DNA of 61,069 bases from a virus (lineage: Duplodnaviria; Caudoviricetes): the IMG/VR virus record IMGVR_UViG_3300035701_000033, positions 1-61,069 of that record; one strand, given 5' to 3'. Shown here piece by piece: positions 51,074 through 59,366 of this stretch (position 1 is the first letter of the stretch; each line of letters starts with the position of its first letter). The notes beneath the pieces were generated by a model. The model searched no databases. It was not told the origin of the DNA and saw only the letters and a list, made by a program, of their open reading frames with translations. Both the position numbers and the translations under genes were made by a program.

Positions 51074-52195
51074 ATGGCAACTATATTTGAAGGGTTTGCC
51101 CCAGAAGTACCTCGGACATGGGTATATATTCACCAAATGCCATTTCCGAAATTACTTACTACTAATGAGGCATTATGCAATCTTATTGGAATATTATATA
51201 CTGGTCCTGATAGGCGTTTTGACTATCATGATGAAATCGGGATGCGTAGTCTATGGTCTGCATGGCAGAAAGATATCCAGAAAGCAGAAGCAATGGGTAG
51301 TAAGTACAAGGTTCCAGATGTGGCAATGGACTACTTCCAAAAGACTAAACATCTCTCACGTCCGCCGAGATGTAGCGATACAAACATTCAGCAGACCGGA
51401 CCTATCGATGAATTATTGGTGGTTGATATTGAAGCATTTGTAAAGAAACATGCAGAGAATTCAGTTCCTGCGGTTATACTCGAAGAAAAGATTCAATCCG
51501 TTCCTGTTGTACCGGGGTTTAAACCTCCTAAATTTTCATGGTCTTATACTTCACTGGTTAATTTTGAAACTTGCCCATTGTCCTTTGCTGAACAGAGATA
51601 TTACAAGACAATCAAATTCATGGAAACCCCAGAGATTAAAGATGGCAATGTAGTGCATATTGGGTTGGAGAATTATCTAAAGTCCAAAGTTCGGATTGAT
51701 CGGATCACTGATTATACAAAATTTGCAGACGCTATTATCGCTGCATCTGAGGGCGGAGAACTACTGATCGAACAGGAATTGTGTATTAACGAAGGAATGC
51801 AAATGACAGGTTGGTTCGCTCCAGATGCATGGGGTCGAGCCAAATTGGACGTAGCGATTATCAAGGATGGAGTAGCCAAGATATATGATTGGAAAACTGG
51901 TAAAGAGAAGAAAGATGACGACCAGTTGGAAATCTTCTGCATCTTCTTGGCATTAGCCCGGAGAGATGTCCACACTTTTATCTCCAGATATATCTGGTTG
52001 AAGAATGGCAATGTATCTGCGCCTATTACCCTAACAAGAGCAGATCTATTGCCAGCGATAAAGACTCTGCTCGGACGTATTGCCAGATGCCGAGAAGCAT
52101 GGGATCATCAACTTTGGATGGCCAAGACTTCTGGACTCTGTAAGAAATATTGCGATGTCATGACCTGCGTACATAATGGTAAAAGAGAATGTTAA
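51074..52195 (+). CDS. PD-(D/E)XK Cas4/RecB-like exonuclease with N-terminal extension
   Basis: WSYTSL..FETCP, H, KLDV, DWKTGK and C-terminal CxxxCxxxxC cluster. Confidence 0.8.
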   Translation: MATIFEGFAPEVPRTWVYIHQMPFPKLLTTNEALCNLIGILYTGPDRRFDYHDEIGMRSLWSAWQKDIQKAEAMGSKYKVPDVAMDYFQKTKHLSRPPRCSDTNIQQTGPIDELLVVDIEAFVKKHAENSVPAVILEEKIQSVPVVPGFKPPKFSWSYTSLVNFETCPLSFAEQRYYKTIKFMETPEIKDGNVVHIGLENYLKSKVRIDRITDYTKFADAIIAASEGGELLIEQELCINEGMQMTGWFAPDAWGRAKLDVAIIKDGVAKIYDWKTGKEKKDDDQLEIFCIFLALARRDVHTFISRYIWLKNGNVSAPITLTRADLLPAIKTLLGRIARCREAWDHQLWMAKTSGLCKKYCDVMTCVHNGKREC

Positions 52196-52807
52196 TTACC
52201 GAGCGCACTCAATCGCGCATCTTGAAGAAAATAACAGCAACGGAGTTTACTTATAATGCTGTAGAGATGGAAGAACTGCATGCATGGTGTGTTGCAATGT
52301 ATACAGTAAATAGTCCCCCGTGTCTTGAATGTCTGGAGGCAATATTTGCTTATTGTGCAGACACAGGATTTCAATGCCCTACGTTTTCCAAATATATAGA
52401 AGGAGAAAAAAATGTATTACTAGTATAAATTGGTTAATATTTATTAATAGTTTTTGATAACCCATGGAATTAGGGAGTTCGTTATGTTCGCCAAACCCAG
52501 AGATGAATATTGCGCTGATTGTTATAGGATGCAAGAAAAGATAATTTATAAGACAAAAACGTATGAACCAATAAACCTAGATCAAATTAATCTATTGTTA
52601 TATGAAGAAGAATTGAATGAAAAGTTATATTTATTAGCTTTAAGCAAAGTCAGAAAGGGATAGCAAGTGGTTTAGATAAACAATTGTTTCACTTGCGCCT
52701 TGGAAGGAGGTGGTTTTATGTCTTTAGAATTATTTTACTTACTAGTTGTAATGCTGCCCATAGCAATTATATTTGTACTTACGGTTATAGTATTTTTGAA
52801 ACTTTCA

Positions 52808-52867
52808 AAATAACGGCTTGAGTAGCACCAGCATATTTCTGGCTGATGCATATGATGATTATATTTC
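52808..52867. mobile_element. attC-like site 0 (degenerate)
   Basis: TAACGG...GCACCAGC/GCTGATGC stem...ATGATTATAT. Confidence 0.55.
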
Positions 52868-52881
52868 GTAGGAGGGTGGCC

Positions 52882-53226
52882 ATGTCTATAATTGTAGAAA
52901 AATGCACCAAGTGTAAGCGAGAGGTCAGTATATTTGAATTATCAGAGCGAGGTCATTCGTGGCTGTGTCCCATTTGCACCGTTGCCCACGATGCACAGGT
53001 AGAGAGCAATGAAAGTGTTTGCCGCGAGTATATAGATTCAGATATTGAAACTCTTCTCCTGAAACTGATAGCAGAAAATAAACGTCTTAAAGAGGCATTG
53101 CAAAAGATCGCCCAAGGCGTTGTTTACACTCAGCCAATGGACATAGTTTCAGAGCGCATGCTGATAGCAGGGAACAACGTCAGTCTGGTAATGCAACATA
53201 TTGCCAAAGTAGCATTAGAAATATAA
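52882..53226 (+). CDS. Cassette 1 gene, Zn-ribbon hypothetical protein
   Basis: AGGAGG RBS, CxxC...CxxC, stop TAA is part of TAAC. Confidence 0.7.
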   Translation: MSIIVEKCTKCKREVSIFELSERGHSWLCPICTVAHDAQVESNESVCREYIDSDIETLLLKLIAENKRLKEALQKIAQGVVYTQPMDIVSERMLIAGNNVSLVMQHIAKVALEI

Positions 53227-53342
53227 CGGCCAAAGGGTACAGTAGCCTGTCGCTGGTTTCGGGGATTCTCCCCATGCCGCAATGAACGATTTTGACAACG
53301 ATTGCGTTTCAGCCTGAATAGGCTGGAATAAGCTGGTTAGAT
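53221..53342. mobile_element. attC-like site 1 (long, branched)
   Basis: ATATAAC...GTTAGAT with nested stems AGCCTGT/ATAGGCT, GCTGG/TCAGC, GGGGA/TCCCC, CGCAAT/ATTGCG. Confidence 0.65.
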
Positions 53343-53359
53343 TACGAAAGGATAGTTTT

Positions 53360-53698
53360 ATGTCTGATGCAAAATTTACAGAATGGCTGGAATCATTTAC
53401 CGAGTCGGACGAGTACAAGGATGATTCATTCCATTGGAGTCAGATGGCAAGAGCCGCTTACGATCAGGGTTGGCATGATGGCGATGAATTCCAACTCGAC
53501 TGTCACCAAGACCACGAAAAATATAAACTGGAACGTCTGCGCGATCAGTTTGCGATGGCTGCATTAACAACAGTCATAAATAAAATTGGTTGGCAAAGAT
53601 TAGGTCATAATATGTATTCAAATTTTGAAGAGGTATCAAACACTTCTTATTTGATTGCAGCCGCAATGATGTCAGCAAGAACTAAGCAATCAGAGTAA
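53360..53698 (+). CDS. Cassette 2 gene, phage-type hypothetical protein
   Basis: LRDQFAMAAL...SYLIAAAMMSAR motif common in small phage proteins. Confidence 0.7.
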   Translation: MSDAKFTEWLESFTESDEYKDDSFHWSQMARAAYDQGWHDGDEFQLDCHQDHEKYKLERLRDQFAMAALTTVINKIGWQRLGHNMYSNFEEVSNTSYLIAAAMMSARTKQSE

Positions 53699-53756
53699 TC
53701 TAACGGGCCGGGAAATCACCCGCTCGCTTTTGGCGGGTGCATTTATCTGGTTAGCA
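53698..53756. mobile_element. attC-like site 2 (59 nt)
   Basis: ATCTAAC...AAATCACCCGC/GCGGGTG-C-ATTT...GTTAGCA: RYYYAAC/GTTRR boxes, hairpin with one extrahelical base. Confidence 0.8.
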
Positions 53757-53777
53757 ATTTTTTCGGAGGATCACGGG

Positions 53778-54002
53778 ATGACAGTAGCTCAGTTAATAAA
53801 ACAACTCCAAAAACTGCCCAAAAATGCACAGGTCGGCGTTAGTCACGGCGACAACTCAGTCCATGAAATTGCTGGATGGGTTGAGTCAGCTGTGTACCAC
53901 AAAAAATCTGATTATCAGGGTGATGTTGATAAACTCACAGACCATTTTGACAGAGACGCATACGCAGGTCATCCAGATTCGTGGGTAACTCTGCATTGCT
54001 AA
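53778..54002 (+). CDS. Cassette 3 gene, phage-type hypothetical protein
   Basis: GGAGG RBS, MTVAQLIKQLQKLP start, stop TAA is part of GCTAAC. Confidence 0.7.
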   Translation: MTVAQLIKQLQKLPKNAQVGVSHGDNSVHEIAGWVESAVYHKKSDYQGDVDKLTDHFDRDAYAGHPDSWVTLHC

Positions 54003-54034
54003 CAACTGGTATAAACCACTGAAAGGAAAGAACT

Positions 54035-54370
54035 ATGATTCTCGAAAGGAAGGTCAAACAGGCGGTTAAAGAGATGTTGGAAGAGCTAGGATGTATTAGT
54101 GCAGGTCAGGCAGTATTAGCTACAGCCAATAATACAGGTTGGTTTTTCATGCCGGTATCCAATGGTATGGGGGTTCACGGCATCCCAGATTTCCTTGGGG
54201 AATATAAAGGTAGGTTCTTTGCCATTGAAACAAAGACTCCCGGCAATAACCCAACGCCACTACAACAACATCAAATCCATGCCATCCATATTTCTGGAGG
54301 TCTGGCAGTAGTTGTTCGGGACAGATGTGATATTGAAGTACTAAACATAACTCTGCGAAAAGGATTATAA
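54035..54370 (+). CDS. VRR-NUC domain nuclease (resolvase-like)
   Basis: E..V...GIPDF...FFAIETK...TPLQ motif. Confidence 0.85.
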   Translation: MILERKVKQAVKEMLEELGCISAGQAVLATANNTGWFFMPVSNGMGVHGIPDFLGEYKGRFFAIETKTPGNNPTPLQQHQIHAIHISGGLAVVVRDRCDIEVLNITLRKGL

Positions 54371-54920
54371 CTGTGGAAGTAATTCTTGTAATGTTCGGGT
54401 TCACCAAAAAGATGAAGATCGACGCCAAAGAACCGCCTCCTTATATCAAAACAAAATTGCAGAACAATGCTCCAGTAGTGAGCAACTTTATAATCAAATG
54501 TAATTCAGATGGCTCTGCACTATATCCAGAACGTATGAATGTAGTATTCGAATACCAAGGATTAGTAGCAGGGATACCTTTTTACATCGCCGATTTTTCA
54601 TTCGACGCAGATTCAGAAAAAGGAGAAAATATTTATGTCTATAATTGAGAAAAATGAAAAGTTACATGCAGACATTTCAAAATTTGTGGCTGATGCTATC
54701 GTTGCCAAACTCGCCCAGCTCGGGGTGGATACTATCACCAACAGCCCCGAAGTATTTACCAAGAGCATTATAGACAAACAGATACGCATGGACAATCTGA
54801 TGTTCCCAGATACACCCAAAAAGGATGGTATCTACTTTACCAAGAATGGTCTGTTCGTTGGCTTCATCCATGTTCCTCGGGAAGAAGGGATCAGTATGAT
54901 TCCCGATCTGATGGAAGACC

Positions 54921-55178
54921 ATGCTTGATATTGACACCATCAATGGGCTGTTTGTCTTTGGTGGTGCAAGCTATGCATGGGCTAATGCTTTCAAACTATG
55001 GAGGGATCAACAGGTAAAAGGTATCTTTGTTTCTTCCACAATTTTCATGACACTCTGGACATTCTGGAGTATAATATACTATTATAAACTTGAACAGTGG
55101 TTTAGTCTTGGATGCAATATCTTTATGGCCATAGCTGATTGTTTCTGGGTCTGGATGGCCATGAAAAAAAGAGGCTAA
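54921..55178 (+). CDS. PQ-loop/SemiSWEET-like 3-TM membrane protein
   Basis: Three hydrophobic helices, KLWRDQQVKGI loop, W..Y...N pattern. Confidence 0.5.
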   Translation: MLDIDTINGLFVFGGASYAWANAFKLWRDQQVKGIFVSSTIFMTLWTFWSIIYYYKLEQWFSLGCNIFMAIADCFWVWMAMKKRG

Positions 55179-55340
55179 TATGTGGGATGTAGGGTTTAAA
55201 GTATTTTTAATGCACTGGGAAATTATCTGCTTTGTTCTATTCGTATGTTGGATATTTAGGGGAACCAAATGATTTGCATTGTAACAGGTAAGCAAGTACC
55301 AGAGCATTGTGGTGGATGTTTAGGTAGTGACGAAGATAAA

Positions 55341-55519
55341 TAGCTCAGCGGCCCCACGTAGGGGAGAATCCGTCATAGGAGAACTTGTTCGGTGTAGTGA
55401 TACGATGCGGACAAGACTAGCCAAATGGGTATGATAAGCTGGCGGACAAGACGTAAAACGAGGCGACATCACAAACGCGCCTATCCTATGAATAGTAGGT
55501 ATAAATCCTACCTGAGTTA
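55341..55519 (+). ncRNA. Candidate structured tRNA-like RNA
   Basis: Closing stem TAGCTCAG/CTGAGTTA, T-arm-like GTAGG-TATAAAT-CCTAC, long-range TCATAGGA/TCCTATGA, internal hairpins; intergenic. Confidence 0.55.
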
Positions 55520-55539
55520 CTAAAAATAGCGGAGGAACG

Positions 55540-57090
55540 ATGTATCCAGTTCGAATAATCAACGGATACTTTGTATTCCAAGCATTAGAGTATGTGATGT
55601 CGATCTTTCCACAGCACAAGTACGCCGATAATTTCGGAGCAGTACCTGCGAATATAGAGAACGCTCTACTCTTACGCAACATGGGATATGAAGCGCAGAG
55701 TCCTATAAGATTCAACTATGATTGGCCTATACGTCCGGGGCGACAGCCACAATGGTATCAGGTAGACACTGCGGAGTTTGCCACATTAAACAAACGGGCG
55801 TTCATCCTTAATGCCATGCGCACAAGGAAAACCAATTCAGTTCTATGGGCTGCAGACTTCTTGCGTAAACAAAAGATGATCCACAAAACATTAATCGCTG
55901 CACCTTTATCTACACTAGAACGGGTATGGGGTGATACTCTTTTTATTGACTATCACGGTTCTAAGTTTAAAGTACTATATGGCAGTGCTGCAAAACGGAA
56001 GGACTTATTAAATTCCGAAGCCGATTATTATATCATCAATCACGATGGAATAGAAGTTATTCTCAAAGAATTGCAGGAAAGAAAAGATATCAACCATATA
56101 ATTATTGACGAGGTAGCGATCTATAGGAACTCTCAGATGCGTACAGGTAGCGATAAATTGACACGGTATGGATGTATGAAGACTCTAATTCGTCCAGATC
56201 ATTGGGTATGGGGGCTGACAGGAACACCGACCCCAAACGCACCGACAGATGCATATGGTCAGGCCAAACTTATCAAGCCAGAAAACTTCGGTGGATCATT
56301 CACTAAGTTCAGGGAGTTGACGATGCAGCAGTATGGCCCATATCGTTGGTTGCCACGGCATGATGCAGCTGATACAGTAGCACGGATCTTATTTCCCGCC
56401 ATTCGTTTTTCCAGAACTGTCGTAACCGATATGGAACCAACGATTATTGAACGTCAAGCAGAACTATCAGTTACCCAAAAGCAGCACTATGATCGACTGA
56501 AGAAAGATTCAGTCACTATGATGGGCGAGACTCAGGTGACAGCAGTGAATGCTGCGGTCATGGTGTCCAAACTCATACAGACAGCATGTGGTGTTGTCTA
56601 TGGCGTTGATGGCTCCTTAGCAGAACTGGACTTCGGCCCTCGGTTAAAGGTGTTGGAAGAACTGATTGAAGAGAATGAAGAAAAGGTACTGGTTTTCGTT
56701 CCGTTTACTGGAGTACTTGATGCCCTTGCTCGGGAATTGCGCAAACGCTGGACTGTAGAAATCGTTGATGGCGGGGTTCCAGCTGCCAAGAGGAATAGAA
56801 TATTCAGTGCATTCCAGAATGATTCCGAACCACATATCATTCTCGCCCACCCCGGTTGCATGGCTCATGGACTTGAACTTACTAAGGCGTCTCTAATAAT
56901 ATGGTACGCCCCGGTATCTAAGAACGAATTGCATGAACAAGCCAATGCCCGTATTGATGGCGGTGGGCAGACGGTGAAGATGGATATAGCCTACATCTCA
57001 GCCATACCGGAAGAACGAAAAGCCTACGATGTATTGAATGGGAAATGTACGTGGCAGCAAATTGTTTTAGATATGATAAAAAATTATTGA
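55540..57090 (+). CDS. SNF2-like superfamily 2 helicase
   Basis: MRTRKT, APLS, IIDE, LTGTP, HGLEL, QANAR motifs. Confidence 0.88.
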   Translation: MYPVRIINGYFVFQALEYVMSIFPQHKYADNFGAVPANIENALLLRNMGYEAQSPIRFNYDWPIRPGRQPQWYQVDTAEFATLNKRAFILNAMRTRKTNSVLWAADFLRKQKMIHKTLIAAPLSTLERVWGDTLFIDYHGSKFKVLYGSAAKRKDLLNSEADYYIINHDGIEVILKELQERKDINHIIIDEVAIYRNSQMRTGSDKLTRYGCMKTLIRPDHWVWGLTGTPTPNAPTDAYGQAKLIKPENFGGSFTKFRELTMQQYGPYRWLPRHDAADTVARILFPAIRFSRTVVTDMEPTIIERQAELSVTQKQHYDRLKKDSVTMMGETQVTAVNAAVMVSKLIQTACGVVYGVDGSLAELDFGPRLKVLEELIEENEEKVLVFVPFTGVLDALARELRKRWTVEIVDGGVPAAKRNRIFSAFQNDSEPHIILAHPGCMAHGLELTKASLIIWYAPVSKNELHEQANARIDGGGQTVKMDIAYISAIPEERKAYDVLNGKCTWQQIVLDMIKNY

Positions 57091-57115
57091 CAACTACGAT
57101 ACATGCTGGTAAGGT
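57087..57115 (+). promoter_or_regulatory. Sigma70-like promoter
   Basis: TTGACA-17nt-TAAGGT. Confidence 0.5.
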
Positions 57116-57372
57116 AATAAATAACGGAGGAAGCAGATGAGAGTAATTGCCTCAGTAAATGGCTGGTTTAAGGTAGTGCATGATGTTCTAGAGAGTTGTT
57201 TGACTACTGGAGTTCTATATATAAGGCTCATACACCCATTGAATATACTGGTTACAAACTCAAACGCGCCAGTGGATACCATTGCTGGATTAGATATTAA
57301 ACTTCGGTATTACGGTAATAAGAATTCAGCAGGTATACCTATATTTGAGTATAGATAACGGAGGAATTAAAC

Positions 57373-57783
57373 ATGGCACCAACATTAGAAGCGGTAGTAT
57401 CCAAGTATCTGGAAGATCGACTCGCTCTGGACCAGATGGAAAAAGATTATAAGGAAAGCATTAAGGATCTTGTTGCCTTTCAGGTTGCCCGAGAGAAGTA
57501 CATCGGGACGCTCCTTGATGCCCAAGGTATGCAGAATGCCAAGATCAAAGGGGTGGGTACTGCGTTTTTCCATCGGCATGAGTCAGTTACCATTGAGGAT
57601 TTTGACAAACTGAAAGACTACATCAAAGAAACGGGAAAGGAGGAACTACTCAACAAGTCAGTAAATAAAACAGCAGTACAAGAAATCATGGGTGAAGTGG
57701 ATGCACATGGAGCCCGGCCAAACCCCGCACCCCCCGGTGTCAAATATGTATCAACCCGAGTAGTACAAATAAGGAGAGGATAA
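57373..57783 (+). CDS. Conserved phage replication-module protein (coiled coil plus GTAF...PPGV)
   Basis: Typical neighbour of SSB and helicase genes; GGAGG RBS. Confidence 0.6.
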   Translation: MAPTLEAVVSKYLEDRLALDQMEKDYKESIKDLVAFQVAREKYIGTLLDAQGMQNAKIKGVGTAFFHRHESVTIEDFDKLKDYIKETGKEELLNKSVNKTAVQEIMGEVDAHGARPNPAPPGVKYVSTRVVQIRRG

Positions 57784-57943
57784 ATATTTTACCCCAAATT
57801 ACATGTGGTTATCCATTCTGTGGGAATCAACTAAAAGGAGAAAAAATAATGGAATACTATACTAAAGATTGTGAATTCTGCTCATGCAAAGATGAATGCG
57901 AAACCCCGTTCTGCGGGAACTAACCAAAAGGAGAAATAAAAAA

Positions 57944-58972
57944 ATGTCCGAAAATTTGCCAACAACATTGCCAGCCCACGTCCTTGCCCTTCGTTCACAA
58001 TGCAGTGGTATCCTTGAAACTCTGGAAGAAGATGCTCTTGCTGGATTGTATGCCGGTTCACCTCCCCAGATCAAACTGAGTGGGACTCGCTTCATCGTAT
58101 CCAAGGATGGTGAAGAACATGCCCTCGATAGAACAAGCATTGGCCTTGTAATTGTCCGTGGTAAAGCCACGCTGGACAAAGTATTCTATATCAAAGCATT
58201 TACTCCCGGCGACGAACCTGTAAAACCTGATTGCTTTTCACGAGATGGCATTACACCTGATTCTTCAGCTGAATTGAAGCAAGCCAATGCTTGTGCCGGT
58301 TGTCCGAAGAATCAGTTTGGTACAGGTCGGGATGCTCAGGGTAATGCCACTGACGGTAAAGCATGCCGTGATTTCAAAAAAATTGCAGTTACTCCCGGTA
58401 GTAGAGATGGCATCTTTCAGTTCAGTATTCCTCCTGCTTCCCTCGGTGGTTTCGCCAAGTATGTAGCCAGCCTGAAGGGTCGTGGTATCCATCTGGCTGA
58501 AGCGATCACCACTATCGGATTTGATATCAAATGTTCATACCCAAAACTGACATTCGAGTTTGCCGGTCTGCTGCCCGAGGCTGAACTAGCCTATGTATAT
58601 GATGTCATCGATAGTCAAGAAGTTCGTGATATCGTGAACGTCAAGATAGCAGCACCGCAACAACAACAACAGCAGATTGCTCAGACTCTTGCTCCTGTGG
58701 CGACTCTTGCTCCTGTGGCGACTCTTGCTCCTGTGGCGACTCCTGCTCCTGCGTTCGGTAGCTTTGATGCTCCTGCTACTCCTATGGCGACTCCGAAATC
58801 CAACAGGAAAAAAGCTGACCTCGCTCCTGCGACAGCAGAGATTCCAATTCGGGCTGTAGTACAGGAACCTGCTCTTGATGCTACGGTGGCCATGGGGTTC
58901 GGCGCATCGACACCCACAACTGCAGCTAGTATGCCGACTGATGACGCACTCTCTGCCCTGCTCGGGCTGTAA
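57944..58972 (+). CDS. Putative ssDNA-binding/annealing protein
   Basis: PDCFS..G..P, CAGCPKN..G, GKAC, PPASL motifs with Ala/Pro-rich tail and acidic end. Confidence 0.65.
   Translation: MSENLPTTLPAHVLALRSQCSGILETLEEDALAGLYAGSPPQIKLSGTRFIVSKDGEEHALDRTSIGLVIVRGKATLDKVFYIKAFTPGDEPVKPDCFSRDGITPDSSAELKQANACAGCPKNQFGTGRDAQGNATDGKACRDFKKIAVTPGSRDGIFQFSIPPASLGGFAKYVASLKGRGIHLAEAITTIGFDIKCSYPKLTFEFAGLLPEAELAYVYDVIDSQEVRDIVNVKIAAPQQQQQQIAQTLAPVATLAPVATLAPVATPAPAFGSFDAPATPMATPKSNRKKADLAPATAEIPIRAVVQEPALDATVAMGFGASTPTTAASMPTDDALSALLGL
58684..58750 (+). repeat. 18-nt tandem repeat (TLAPVA) in SSB tail
   Basis: GACTCTTGCTCCTGTGGC three times plus a partial copy. Confidence 0.9.
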
Positions 58973-58988
58973 TTAACCGAAATGGCCT

Positions 58989-59010
58989 CGATACGGGAAT
59001 TCCCGTATCG
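58989..59010. promoter_or_regulatory. Perfect 22-bp palindrome (operator or hairpin)
   Basis: CGATACGGGAATTCCCGTATCG is its own reverse complement; 17 nt upstream of HTH gene. Confidence 0.6.
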
Positions 59011-59027
59011 GAGTCATAGGAGTTTAT

Positions 59028-59297
59028 ATGTCAACCGCTATAGAAACAATTGAGTTCGCCATCGTCGCTTCGAGAATAACTTTCGCTGAGGCCGCAACTG
59101 TTATGCGAGTAACAAGGAATACGTTGTACCACTGGAGGAATGGAAGAGTCCCAAGAGTACAGGTTCAGGCTGACTTCGCATTGCACCAGATGAAGAAAGT
59201 GATTCGCGCAATAGATGCGCGCAAATTACCACTACCAGTGGATACCCCACCGAAGGAACGTATGCAAATGCTGTTAGAAATAGTTAAGATTGCATAA
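59028..59297 (+). CDS. Cro/XRE-like HTH protein
   Basis: ITFAEAATVMRVTRNTLYHWRNGRVP. Confidence 0.7.
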   Translation: MSTAIETIEFAIVASRITFAEAATVMRVTRNTLYHWRNGRVPRVQVQADFALHQMKKVIRAIDARKLPLPVDTPPKERMQMLLEIVKIA

Positions 59298-59366
59298 AAC
59301 AGTTGACACAATATCAGAACTGAGACTAATATAAAGACTCATACTGAATAATATATTGGGGTCTAT

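Noticed and set aside
51074-52195. CRISPR-associated cas4
   Set aside because: Solo Cas4-like nucleases are common in phage replication modules; no cas1/cas2 or array present
55341-55522. Canonical tRNA gene
   Set aside because: Too long, no definable anticodon loop, T-loop lacks TTC and no CCA; kept only as a tRNA-like candidate
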